From contig JBHLRS010000020.1 in the NCBI GenBank assembly GCA_048882325.1, positions 1 through 55,521 on the forward strand: 55,521 nt of DNA. Reading direction: 5' to 3'. Origin of the DNA: Candidatus Thorarchaeota archaeon (lineage in GTDB: Archaea; Asgardarchaeota; Thorarchaeia; Thorarchaeales; Thorarchaeaceae). Numbering within the stretch: position 1 is the first letter of the stretch; each line of letters opens with the position of its first letter. Below the pieces are notes generated by a model. That model was given only the letters and a program-made list of their open reading frames with translations, made no database searches and had not been told where the DNA came from. The position numbers and the translations under genes were made by a program. This document shows positions 37,145 to 46,111 of the stretch, in pieces.

Positions 37145-38881
37145 CTAAGATTCAAAGTCCATCGCTCGTGCCATCCAAGCAGGAAGTTCCATTTCAAGGA
37201 CCTCTGAAATCGTCTTTACTGAGTTCAGATCCTTTGCAGCTTTGATTCTTGTTGCACGTTTGCCACCCACACCAGGGAGAACTCTCCATTGTGAGAGGGA
37301 CATCTGTGAAGGTCTGAGTGGGAATGGGAGCACTGTGAGTGACCTTGGACCGTGGTCCACGACAAAGACGTTCCGAGGCACCTGTTCATCAGTTCCCTTT
37401 GGCATATGGCACAGCAGAGGATACGTTCCTAGAGGACGAAGAAGATAGTTATTTCCGGTCTCACCGTCAACGAAGACTGATTGTATCACAGTGCCATAGG
37501 GTGCCACTCGTTTTATCATCGCAATGTCAATCGTGTCACGAATCTCCTCTCGGTGTTTGAAGAATTGGTTTCTCTTTATCTTCTTTCCAACACCTATGTC
37601 AAGACGAGTCCCTGAGAGACCGATAACTTGACGGACGTTGATTCTCCGGACCATCAGTCCTTCAGAGAGGATCTGCTTCAGAAAGTCCATGTTGTACTCA
37701 AGTGTCTTATTAGACTCTCCAGGTAGTCCATAAAGCAGGTTGATTCCTGGGAGGAGGTGTGGAAGTCCCCAGGGCTCCCGTTTTCCTCCAACCTCATTCA
37801 AAATGCGGACCGCCTCAATCACCTCATCTACATCAGCCTTCAGGTTATTTCTTCGAATCACTTCAGGGTCTGTAGACTCGACGCCAAAGGCAGCAACATC
37901 ACCGGGAGTGTGGTATTTCATAATCACCTTTGCGACCTGTTTCGACTCATGAGGATGACGGGCAATTGTGCCGGGATTCACATTGTCTATATGGAGTACA
38001 TCCAGTTTTGCGGCCCCTTTTCTGACCTTCGAGAACAACTCCTCCAAAGCGTCAGGATTCGGTGTTGGAAACTCTTCCTCGCTCATTTCTTCGGACCCAT
38101 ATGTGAACAAATCAGCCTGATGCCCAATTCTGAAGGCTTTGACTCCGAGTTCATAGAGTGCCCTGACCTCACCAGCTATCGCGTCTGGTGTCCGTTGCTG
38201 AGGTGGACCATATGATGGTTCGACACAGAATGTGCAACCACCTGAAATGAATCGAGGACAGCCGCGATACGACTCTATCTCGCAGATGATGTGTCCATTA
38301 GAGAAACCAGGATGTTGCCTGACAATTGACACACCCTTTTTGATGAAACCCTCGATCTCAGTGGCATCACTTCGTGTCAGATCAAGATTGACAGACTCTA
38401 TCGTTACATTAGGTTCCATGGCGTCTGCAATGACTAGCTCGGGATCTCCCGTTACAATGTAGTCAAACGGTGGTCGAAGAACTTCAGAACTGAGTGCGAG
38501 CTTTCCACCTTCCAGTCCACACCCAAATTTAGCCCAAGGACCAACTAGCATCTTGGGTATGTCCCCAAGTTCAGGTGCCGAGAAGAGCTCTCTAGTTTCT
38601 CTCATTGAGATGGGAGTACCACCCACATACTTTCCTGGAACAATCATCCCAGCGATAAGAATGATGAGATCCGTTTTCGACCAGAGTTCTTGTGCTCTTT
38701 GAAAACTTTCGCGAACCTGATCGATAGTGTGATACAGAATCTCAGTCTGCGGTGTTTTTGTCCAGATTGCTCCTGCTACATATCGGGGATAGATGCTCAC
38801 ATAAGGCGGAACACCAAGAACTGTTGGTTCGTCGACATACCCATCAACAAGGGCAACCCGCTCCACCTGCATCAAATTCAC
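37145..38881 (-). CDS. radical SAM protein with C-terminal helix-hairpin-helix
   Basis: RGCPR...GCTFC motif, LPGVGGKRA HhH. Confidence 0.88.
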   Translation of the reverse strand: MNLMQVERVALVDGYVDEPTVLGVPPYVSIYPRYVAGAIWTKTPQTEILYHTIDQVRESFQRAQELWSKTDLIILIAGMIVPGKYVGGTPISMRETRELFSAPELGDIPKMLVGPWAKFGCGLEGGKLALSSEVLRPPFDYIVTGDPELVIADAMEPNVTIESVNLDLTRSDATEIEGFIKKGVSIVRQHPGFSNGHIICEIESYRGCPRFISGGCTFCVEPSYGPPQQRTPDAIAGEVRALYELGVKAFRIGHQADLFTYGSEEMSEEEFPTPNPDALEELFSKVRKGAAKLDVLHIDNVNPGTIARHPHESKQVAKVIMKYHTPGDVAAFGVESTDPEVIRRNNLKADVDEVIEAVRILNEVGGKREPWGLPHLLPGINLLYGLPGESNKTLEYNMDFLKQILSEGLMVRRINVRQVIGLSGTRLDIGVGKKIKRNQFFKHREEIRDTIDIAMIKRVAPYGTVIQSVFVDGETGNNYLLRPLGTYPLLCHMPKGTDEQVPRNVFVVDHGPRSLTVLPFPLRPSQMSLSQWRVLPGVGGKRATRIKAAKDLNSVKTISEVLEMELPAWMARAMDFES

Positions 38882-38888
38882 CTGTCAG

Positions 38889-39881
38889 TTAGTCCCATTC
38901 CTTGAAGTTGTCATAACCAGCAAAGGGGATGTCTTGCGTTCCTTTCTCTGATTCCCACACGATTCTATCACCAGTAGTGACTGATCCAATCGTCTGTAGC
39001 TGGATTCCTTTCTTGCTCGCAATACTGAGTGCATCATCAAACTTCTCAGGAGGAATCGCGAGGACCAAGATGAACTCTTCACCACCTTGCATGACTGTCT
39101 TCAAAATATCGAGATTGTTGTTCTCACAGAATGATTCGACTTCAGGGGAAACTGGCAGAGTTTCAACGATAATGCCGCATCCACTCTGGTTCGCAATGCT
39201 ATGCAGGGTGATAGCAAGACCATCACTGCTGTCCATTGATGCAGATACTGCTTTAGCCTCAGCGAGAGCAGAGACAAGACCTAGGTTGATCTCTGGTCTG
39301 AATGCTGCTTCGAGTGCATCTAAGCGCAGGTTTGGCTCAGCCTTCAGGCCTCTAATCAATAGCTCGAATGCTACAGACGTCAATCCAAAGTTATCAGTGA
39401 CTGCTATGATGTCACCCTCTTTGGCTCCACCTCTCGATACAATTGATTCCGGTGGAGCAATACCTAAAGCCACTCCTGTGAGAATGACATCATCACACAT
39501 GCCAACATCCCCTCCAAGATATGGAATATTTGATTTCAGACCAAACTGAGAGAAGCCTCTGATTATCTCGCTTGCATCATCCACATCATAGTCTTCTGGT
39601 ACGCAAAGGGATAGCATTGTAGCAATAGGTTGAGCGCCCTTTGCTGCAAGATCACTCAGTGCCATAACAACGGTCTTCCTTCCCGCCTGCGCAGGGGTCA
39701 TTCCTGGAAGCCAGTCAGTCTTCCTTACAAAAGTGTCAACGTTGATGATGAGATTATTCTTGTCTGATACTGGGATGTCTGAGGCATCGTCATCGAATCC
39801 CAATACTGCACCCTTTGGTTTGTTGACTAGACTGCTGATCTTTTTCAGAAAATCACGTTCACCCATCTCACCGGTCTTCAA
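38889..39881 (-). CDS. thiL: thiamine-monophosphate kinase
   Basis: GFDDDA, SDLAAKGA, GGD, MDSSDGL, GGEEF. Confidence 0.93.
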   Translation of the reverse strand: MKTGEMGERDFLKKISSLVNKPKGAVLGFDDDASDIPVSDKNNLIINVDTFVRKTDWLPGMTPAQAGRKTVVMALSDLAAKGAQPIATMLSLCVPEDYDVDDASEIIRGFSQFGLKSNIPYLGGDVGMCDDVILTGVALGIAPPESIVSRGGAKEGDIIAVTDNFGLTSVAFELLIRGLKAEPNLRLDALEAAFRPEINLGLVSALAEAKAVSASMDSSDGLAITLHSIANQSGCGIIVETLPVSPEVESFCENNNLDILKTVMQGGEEFILVLAIPPEKFDDALSIASKKGIQLQTIGSVTTGDRIVWESEKGTQDIPFAGYDNFKEWD

Positions 39882-39961
39882 TGAAAGACCTCCACACTAG
39901 TTGCAGGCTGGTTCCATGATAAAGTTTTATTAGAGAATTCTAGACGGGGGCGTTGAGCAGA

Positions 39962-40037
39962 GCCTCGGTGGCTTAGTGGTTATAGCGTCAGCTTCGTAAG
40001 CTGGTGGTCGCGGGTTCGAGTCCCGCCCGGGGCTCCA
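39962..40037 (+). tRNA. tRNA-Thr(CGT)
   Basis: GCCTCGG/CCGGGGC-T-CCA, TCAGC-TTCGTAA-GCTGG, GCGGG-TTCGAGT-CCCGC. Confidence 0.95.
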
Positions 40038-40603
40038 ATTTTCATTTTCCGCTTTCGAAACAATACAAGTGGTATGAATGCGAAGACGATAACGAAGGCA
40101 ACTCCCAGGAGAATCCACTTCAGAGATGTAATGATACTAGCAACGATAATCACTGGTTCAGAGAGATTAGGGTAGGAGCCAATTTGTGTTAACACTAGAG
40201 TGTTCTCAACATAGTCCATGATTCCTCCAAACAAGGGAAAAAGTACCAAGAACTTGGCCTTCGGACTGTCAGGATATGAATTTCTGATTTCCATATTGAT
40301 ACCAAATGCTAGTGCGAACATGTATGTAAGTGGAAACAGAAAATCAAGCATATGTGCTTGCGCCCAGACATTCAAACCTTCCTGACCCAGCGTGTTAAAC
40401 ACATCCGTGATTTCGTCAATCGAATATGAAAAACGCGTGTCAGGCATTGTAACATCAGCATAGACATCATAGACCCAGGTTTGGGTCAACATAGCCATGA
40501 CCATCACAACAGCAAAACTCGAGATTATCATAAGAATGAGATTACGAGGAGAGGTCATTTTCTCAATTGATCTAAGTACTCGCACTAATATGACCCCAAT
40601 CAA
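39980..40603 (-). CDS. four-TM membrane protein whose 3' end overlaps tRNA-Thr antisense
   Basis: PDTRFSY, LDFLFPL, DYVEN, KW pattern; no stop before tRNA. Confidence 0.8.
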   Translation of the reverse strand: MIGVILVRVLRSIEKMTSPRNLILMIISSFAVVMVMAMLTQTWVYDVYADVTMPDTRFSYSIDEITDVFNTLGQEGLNVWAQAHMLDFLFPLTYMFALAFGINMEIRNSYPDSPKAKFLVLFPLFGGIMDYVENTLVLTQIGSYPNLSEPVIIVASIITSLKWILLGVAFVIVFAFIPLVLFRKRKMKIGAPGGTRTRDHQLTKLTL

Positions 40604-40678
40604 GCTCTTTCGTGAGTCCTATTTGGAAGTTTCCAACTGTCCTAATGACTCGAGTCCCGCCCGGGGCTCCAATTTTCA
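40016..40678. mobile_element. single-gene cassette/micro-island at tRNA-Thr
   Basis: Perfect 29-bp direct repeats 40016-40044 and 40650-40678 enclosing one gene. Confidence 0.7.
40650..40678 (+). repeat. copy of tRNA-Thr 3' end plus trailer
   Basis: TCGAGTCCCGCCCGGGGCTCCAATTTTCA identical to 40016-40044. Confidence 0.95.
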
Positions 40679-40708
40679 AATGGCACCCCCTTACATTTGT
40701 TTCAGCTT

Positions 40709-41611
40709 TCATTCTGCACCACGCAATGCTTGACCTGTTTTCCCTAGAAGATACGAAATTACGATGCCTGCAATCAATGAATCGACAAATAATTCGATCC
40801 CATGAACAATTCGCAAGTAGACTGGAAATTGTTCAGATATGACAAAGACAGCCAAAGCACCTGCAATGTAAAGAAGTGCAACTAGTATGACTGCTAGTGA
40901 CTTCCTGTCTAGCTTCACTGAAATAACAATGGGGAGAACGCTAATGACATAGATGAATCCTCGAATAGTCTGAAGCATGATTACGATCTCAACTGCAGGG
41001 AGGGCCAAGTTGTAACCCACGCTGCCATCAGTGTAATACGGAAGTACTAGGGGTGCAATTATGTTTCCAATTGTATAGTAAATGACTAACCAAAGCATAG
41101 ATGCAATAATGAATCGTACAGCAAATTGTGAGGAAGTCCATTTTGCGAAGTATTCCTCTCTGAGTTGGCTAAAGCTTGAGATTTCTCCTTCTGGGTTGAA
41201 CAAAAACCCTGCTACTAGTGCTGTGGGTAGCGTAAGAACCAGTCCAAAGACAACAGCACCGAATGCTAACTCTGGCTGCCCCTCAAATTGAGTTGTGAAG
41301 AAGATGCCCTCTAGAACTGGATTGAGCATCTGAATGACATAAACAGCAATCCATGTGATCAATATTCGTGGTTTTCGTCCCAAAGGGATGTTTGCATTCA
41401 TATAGTACAAAGTAAATGCATAGAGAACAGCGGTAATTACCGTTCCAATAGCGAACCCTAGGGAAAGATATCCCTGAAGTGGAATAAGCAATCCAAATAA
41501 TGCATAGATTACAATAAAGACTGTAATCCTCACTAGCATATCTCTTGACAACTCAACTGAATTCATGATTGTTAATTTCTTACTGCTTAGTAGATAAGGA
41601 ATTGGATGCAA
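40709..41611 (-). CDS. multi-pass membrane hypothetical protein
   Basis: About 8 hydrophobic segments; start uncertain. Confidence 0.75.
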   Translation of the reverse strand: MHPIPYLLSSKKLTIMNSVELSRDMLVRITVFIVIYALFGLLIPLQGYLSLGFAIGTVITAVLYAFTLYYMNANIPLGRKPRILITWIAVYVIQMLNPVLEGIFFTTQFEGQPELAFGAVVFGLVLTLPTALVAGFLFNPEGEISSFSQLREEYFAKWTSSQFAVRFIIASMLWLVIYYTIGNIIAPLVLPYYTDGSVGYNLALPAVEIVIMLQTIRGFIYVISVLPIVISVKLDRKSLAVILVALLYIAGALAVFVISEQFPVYLRIVHGIELFVDSLIAGIVISYLLGKTGQALRGAE

Positions 41612-41926
41612 CCAAAGAAGATTTGGCGTTAGCTAAGTCTTTGGTTGGGAGACCTCATGGCAGTTTAAGCAACAGAAACTGAATCCAATCGAATCCAGGT
41701 CCATTTCTTCTTGTGCAGGTTTCTACAATATTATATGGAGATAGAATAGAATCTTTAGCCAATAGGTGAAAAAACATGAAAAATGAAAAGAAATCGAAAA
41801 AGCCCCACTATCGGGCTTCAAAGCCAGGCCTATTTGAATGGCTGGCTGGAACTACCAGATAATTGAGGTGGTTCAAAAACTGCGAACAGAGAGGAATGTC
41901 ACAAGGTGTGACGCCTCTGTTCCAAA

Positions 41927-43204
41927 CTAATTCCTTCGTTTCACGAATACAATCACAACTGCGATCAATCCCACTGATGCTAAAATCACGACTGCGACAG
42001 TTTCAAGCGGGATGCTTGACCCGTTATCTACTAAGATTGACCGTAGGATGTAGTTTCTAAACAGATCAAACTCAGGGTCATATTCATCATCCCCTACACC
42101 CGCTGTGAAGACCACTATCATATCATGTTCAGGTGAAACCATAATCTTCTGACCATGACGACCATAGGCAAAGTAGATTCCAAGGTCAGATCGTAACCAC
42201 CAATGCCAGCCATAACCAAATTGAGATCCCAGCGGATTCTCATGAGGAATTGGTGTAATCGAGTTTGCTACGAACTCCTCAGACACAAGCTGGGTACCGT
42301 TCCAAGTGCCATTGTTCAGATATAGAAATCCAAGTTTTGCCATATCCACTGCTCTGAGACTGAAACCGCCCATTACATTGTACCAACCACCTGGCAGTGG
42401 CGGGAGGCTGAAGTAGTCCACACCGATGTGATTGAACAAGTGCTCACGAAATACATAGTACACCTGGTCATCGTAGACCTGTTGGATGATGGCTCCCAGT
42501 AGCACGGATGCTCCACCATTGTATGCCCAGTACTCTCCTGGTTCATAGATTATGGAACGATTGAGTATGTACTCAATAGCATCATGACTATACATCATAT
42601 TCATGATTGGATTGTCACCTGGGTAGACGTACGGAGAGGACCACTCATCCCAGTCATAACCTGGTGTCATCGTGAGGAGGTGCTCTATTGTGATATTGGC
42701 CCACCCTGGATCAAGATCTAGATAATTATACTCTGGGAAGAAGTCAAGCATTTTCTGAGATACGTTATCAAGCATGCTCTCCTGAAAGGCGACTCCAAGG
42801 AGAATGGATACCACACTCTTGCTTACCGAGTGTTGAGAATGTAATGTGATGTTATTGTAGTATGGACTAGGATACTGTTCAAACACGGCATACCCGTTCT
42901 TTATTATGAGAACAGAGTGAATAGGGTATTCCTCTTCCTCAATCAATGCCATCATGTCATTCAAGATTGCAGAACTCATCCCCTGCTCTTCTGGGGTTCT
43001 ATTCCGCCATCCATCGTTAGGCCAGTAGTCCCGAGTCGTAGTGCTCGGAATTGACGTAGATACCAGTTCAGGATTTTGAGCGGGACCTGTAATCATTGGT
43101 AGGAACAGGACGAGCATAACAAATAGAGCTACAGATGGTGCAGGTTTCATCCAACTCTTCTTAAAGAGATGCATGGCAATCAGAAAGTTCTGATGATTAA
43201 TCAT
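41927..43204 (-). CDS. beta-lactamase-family serine hydrolase, membrane-anchored
   Basis: SVSKS (SxxK), LLTMTPG, YNG, YGWHWW, GRHGQ; N- and C-terminal hydrophobic segments. Confidence 0.9.
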   Translation of the reverse strand: MINHQNFLIAMHLFKKSWMKPAPSVALFVMLVLFLPMITGPAQNPELVSTSIPSTTTRDYWPNDGWRNRTPEEQGMSSAILNDMMALIEEEEYPIHSVLIIKNGYAVFEQYPSPYYNNITLHSQHSVSKSVVSILLGVAFQESMLDNVSQKMLDFFPEYNYLDLDPGWANITIEHLLTMTPGYDWDEWSSPYVYPGDNPIMNMMYSHDAIEYILNRSIIYEPGEYWAYNGGASVLLGAIIQQVYDDQVYYVFREHLFNHIGVDYFSLPPLPGGWYNVMGGFSLRAVDMAKLGFLYLNNGTWNGTQLVSEEFVANSITPIPHENPLGSQFGYGWHWWLRSDLGIYFAYGRHGQKIMVSPEHDMIVVFTAGVGDDEYDPEFDLFRNYILRSILVDNGSSIPLETVAVVILASVGLIAVVIVFVKRRN

Positions 43205-43384
43205 CTATAAGGGACCGCAACAACGCAAGACTTGTGCAATTAGAGGGAAGCACTTCCGGCGTCAAGTTGTTATCAACAGAAATCCTTATCATTCATACAT
43301 CACCGAAAAACGATGAACTCCACAGTACAATACTCCGGAAGCGTCTTCCTGGAATACGGAGTATTGGCCCTTGTCCTTACACAT

Positions 43385-43532
43385 GCGGAGGTTGCCAAGC
43401 CAGGTTAAAGGCGCTAGGTTGAGGGCCTAGACTTTGTGGCGTCTTGTCACGAAGAGGCTATCTCGTAGGAGTTCGCGAGTTCAATCGATTTGGGATTTCT
43501 CCTAGTCGGAATAAATCTCGCCCTCCGCACCA
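43385..43532 (+). tRNA. tRNA-Leu(GAG) with two non-canonical introns (43431-43460 at ~43/44; 43485-43514 in T-loop ~58/59)
   Basis: GCGGAGG/CCTCCGC-A-CCA acceptor, CTAGG-TTGAGGG-CCTAG anticodon arm; both inserts fold as bulge-helix-bulge-like motifs and removal restores variable arm and GCGAG-TTCAAAT-CTCGC. Confidence 0.9.
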
Positions 43533-44137
43533 TTTTCTTTCTGAATTTGTGAATTGAAATGCCATATTGATAGAAGAGTGAGAGGGATTCCACATAATAT
43601 CGCAATAACAGGAATTCCTGATTCACCCAAGAAACCAACAAGAAAAAGAGAAGCAAACGTCATGATAATGGCAATTGGTTCAACGACCCTTTCATGGGTT
43701 GTCCATTCTACTGGGGGCCCAAGTATTATGGCTACTGCAATGTATAGTAACAATGTGAAGAATAACACAGTTTCAATCACAATGATCAAACGCAATTGAG
43801 GAAGCAATGTTAGACCATAAGCTCCCAATAGAATAAGGAGTGAACCAAACACGAACTCTGTTAGAGCAACAACCTTTGGCGTGACTTTGATTCGGGATTC
43901 TTTCATTTCATCAGACATGCTCTTGTTATTTTGTTTGGTATCATAGCCATTTGTCTGTCTGTACATCCAAATGATGAGGATGTTGCATATAACAAAGGTG
44001 ACTAAACTATCCAGTAAACTATCCCAAAAAGACCTGCTAACTAGATACTTATATTCAAAGTATAGAAACACACCAACAACAAGGATTAGGTATCCCTCAA
44101 GAAAGCGCTTTTGTTCTTCTTTCATTTTCGCGACCAT
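43502..44137 (-). CDS. membrane protein, cassette paralog 1 (ends GAEGEIYSD inside tRNA-Leu)
   Basis: Six hydrophobic segments; shares ALTEF...PVEW motif with the next two genes. Confidence 0.75.
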   Translation of the reverse strand: MVAKMKEEQKRFLEGYLILVVGVFLYFEYKYLVSRSFWDSLLDSLVTFVICNILIIWMYRQTNGYDTKQNNKSMSDEMKESRIKVTPKVVALTEFVFGSLLILLGAYGLTLLPQLRLIIVIETVLFFTLLLYIAVAIILGPPVEWTTHERVVEPIAIIMTFASLFLVGFLGESGIPVIAILCGIPLTLLSIWHFNSQIQKENGAEGEIYSD

Positions 44138-44195
44138 TCTAAAACGAAACTATGTATCATACGACCGTGTAGAATCTTATCAATGAATTTGAGAG

Positions 44196-44217
44196 TCAAA
44201 TCTCGCCCTCCGCACCA
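44196..44217 (+). repeat. tRNA-Leu 3'-end copy 1
   Basis: TCAAATCTCGCCCTCCGCACCA, identical to the spliced tRNA 3' 22 nt. Confidence 0.95.
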
Positions 44218-44621
44218 TATTCTTCTTTGGTAGTTGTAGTCTTCCTGATTCGGGCATTTGGATGAAGAGTGGCAATTAGAATCAAGATTAATCCCACAAG
44301 CATTACGAGAATTCCCAGTTCGAAACTTGTCGAGTTAAAACCAATCCAAATGCCTGAAAGCAACAGAGTAGAGCCAATTCCATTCAATCTCTTTGCATTT
44401 GCGGACCATTCAGGAGTTTCACTTGTTATTGCATTATAACCAAAGAATATCAAGAAAGCAAAAAACAAGCCAAATACAAGCATAGTAAGATCCTTTAGCT
44501 CGCTAGTTCTAATGTTGATTGCTAATACCATGAGAAGTAGTAATATACCTATAAACAATTCAGCAAGAGCCACTAATTCTGTCGATAGTTCCTTATCAGA
44601 CTCCTGATTGTTACGTTTCAA
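44196..44621 (-). CDS. four-TM membrane protein, cassette paralog 2 (ends GAEGEI*)
   Basis: ALAELFIG...TPEWS; GGAGG RBS upstream of TTG. Confidence 0.75.
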   Translation of the reverse strand: MKRNNQESDKELSTELVALAELFIGILLLLMVLAINIRTSELKDLTMLVFGLFFAFLIFFGYNAITSETPEWSANAKRLNGIGSTLLLSGIWIGFNSTSFELGILVMLVGLILILIATLHPNARIRKTTTTKEEYGAEGEI

Positions 44622-44671
44622 CCGATACCCTCCAACAAGATAAGCACTGTTGATAGATGATTACTGTTATT

Positions 44672-44694
44672 TTCAAATCTCGCCCTCCGCACCA
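44672..44694 (+). repeat. tRNA-Leu 3'-end copy 2
   Basis: TTCAAATCTCGCCCTCCGCACCA, identical to the spliced tRNA 3' 23 nt. Confidence 0.95.
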
Positions 44695-45137
44695 TCCTCT
44701 TCTTTGTAAGGCAAGAAATCTAGGCGTGGCTTAGATCTATTGATGTGTGGAGTTGAATACTTCATACGCCAGCAGGATGATAGAATAAGAAGAGTCCCAA
44801 ATACCACATATAGAATAGCCACTCCAGTTTCGGTCAATATATCAACAAGAAATAGAAACAACGAGGACAACAAAAGAAGGGATACAACGCAATCAATCCG
44901 GTCACTTGTTGTATCGTTGGACCACGTGACTGGAGTACCCAGAACCCACAACTTTGCTAAATAGAGTATCAATAGAAAAACCACAGCGATTCCGATTAAA
45001 ATAAAAATATAGAGTGCCAACAACTGGAAAAATCCGTAAAATCCCACCAGGAGACTAAGTAATCCAAAACCGAACTCAGTCAAAGCAAAAACATTGTGCC
45101 TGTAATCAAAACTTGAGTGGTTCTCTGAGTCGTCCAT
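44673..45137 (-). CDS. four-TM membrane protein, cassette paralog 3 (ends GAEGEI*)
   Basis: ALTEFGFG...TPVTWS; GAGGAG RBS upstream of ATG. Confidence 0.75.
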   Translation of the reverse strand: MDDSENHSSFDYRHNVFALTEFGFGLLSLLVGFYGFFQLLALYIFILIGIAVVFLLILYLAKLWVLGTPVTWSNDTTSDRIDCVVSLLLLSSLFLFLVDILTETGVAILYVVFGTLLILSSCWRMKYSTPHINRSKPRLDFLPYKEEDGAEGEI

Positions 45138-45208
45138 ACCCGAATCTCCTCACTTGAAATATAGCGGTTTTAAATATAAAATCCATCCATTCACCTTGCG
45201 TGAACTGA

Positions 45209-45222
45209 GAGTTCAAATCTCG
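45209..45222 (+). repeat. tRNA-Leu 3'-end copy 3 (T-arm only, truncated)
   Basis: GAGTTCAAATCTCG, 14/14 to spliced T-arm, in the intergenic gap. Confidence 0.65.
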
Positions 45223-45237
45223 TTTCAAGAGTTGAGT

Positions 45238-45594
45238 CTATTCAGTTTCGTATCTTGATGGCTCAGCGAAGAAATCCATAGCTCTGAAGAAAGTCTTGAA
45301 CTCAGCAGAGTGAACGACTCCTTCAGGGATATAGTATGAGTCTCCTCTCTTGTAGAGTTTTGTCGCATCTCCAATTGTCAACAACATCTCTCCCTCAATT
45401 ACAAAGCCATACTGTGCACTATGACTATGAGGAGGGAGACTTCCTATGGGTTCAATCTCAAAGAACGCAACTTGAAAACCGACACCTTGAGCTATCCATG
45501 CTTGGACCCCTTCCAATGGAAGCTTTGCCTTTGGCAGTTCTCTGATACAATCCGGATATGGTTCAACGGTCATGATTCTCAGCATCCTTTTCAT
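45238..45594 (-). CDS. cupin domain protein
   Basis: PPHSH...Q.G.VIEG, GDSYYIPEGVVHS. Confidence 0.9.
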   Translation of the reverse strand: MKRMLRIMTVEPYPDCIRELPKAKLPLEGVQAWIAQGVGFQVAFFEIEPIGSLPPHSHSAQYGFVIEGEMLLTIGDATKLYKRGDSYYIPEGVVHSAEFKTFFRAMDFFAEPSRYETE

Positions 45595-46046
45595 TCAAGT
45601 TCAATTCGCTCCATCTTGAATTTCCTCATTCGTTCATCAATTCCTGAACCGAAAGGTGCCATAAATCTCTGGATTGAAGTAAATAGTTCTTCAGGGACTT
45701 CTAAGGCTGCTTCAATGCACTGAGCAAGATCATTCTTTGAAAGGTATTGAGTCAAGGGGCAATGGACCAAATAATGGTCTTCCCCATCTGTTGAGAAAAT
45801 GGGATATTTCCTGCAAAGCAACGGGCGTACAGGATAGATTTCGCAGAGAGATTCTTTGAGATAGGGGCAAATAAGGTCCTCTCCGAAATCTGTAACATAG
45901 CAGTTCTCCGTGATTTCAATGAACTTGTCCGGATACCCAACCTCAATAACTCGGTCTACTTCCGACTTTGTGGCAACAGATCCCCCTAGCGTACAACAGT
46001 ATCCACCGCATTCTTTGCAGATACTCAAGTGCTTGTCATTTGTCAT
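45591..46046 (-). CDS. YkgJ family cysteine-cluster protein
   Basis: CKECGGYCC, CPYL...CEIYPVRPLLCRKYP. Confidence 0.9.
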   Translation of the reverse strand: MTNDKHLSICKECGGYCCTLGGSVATKSEVDRVIEVGYPDKFIEITENCYVTDFGEDLICPYLKESLCEIYPVRPLLCRKYPIFSTDGEDHYLVHCPLTQYLSKNDLAQCIEAALEVPEELFTSIQRFMAPFGSGIDERMRKFKMERIELE

Positions 46047-46075
46047 ATACTAAGCTCAAGTGTCTTACTTCCATA

Positions 46076-46097
46076 TCAAATCTCACCCTCGGCATCA
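46076..46097 (+). repeat. tRNA-Leu 3'-end copy 4 (degenerate)
   Basis: TCAAATCTCACCCTCGGCATCA, 19/22 to spliced tRNA end, followed by pyrimidine tract. Confidence 0.8.
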
Positions 46098-46111
46098 TTC
46101 TTCTCTTGAGA

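Larger units (their letters stand above)
43513..46097. mobile_element. tRNA-Leu-anchored tandem cassette array (four units)
   Basis: Four downstream copies of the tRNA-Leu 3' end separate 1-2-gene units. Confidence 0.7.

Noticed and set aside
38929-39549. 206-aa plus-strand ORF and similar antisense ORFs (e.g. 25986-26486, 30664-31164)
   Set aside because: They are antisense shadows of well-supported genes (thiL, eIF6, ftsZ) with no recognisable motifs.
43513-46097. CRISPR interpretation of the periodic 22-bp repeats
   Set aside because: Spacing is hundreds of bp with whole genes between, the repeats are tRNA-derived, and no cas genes are present.
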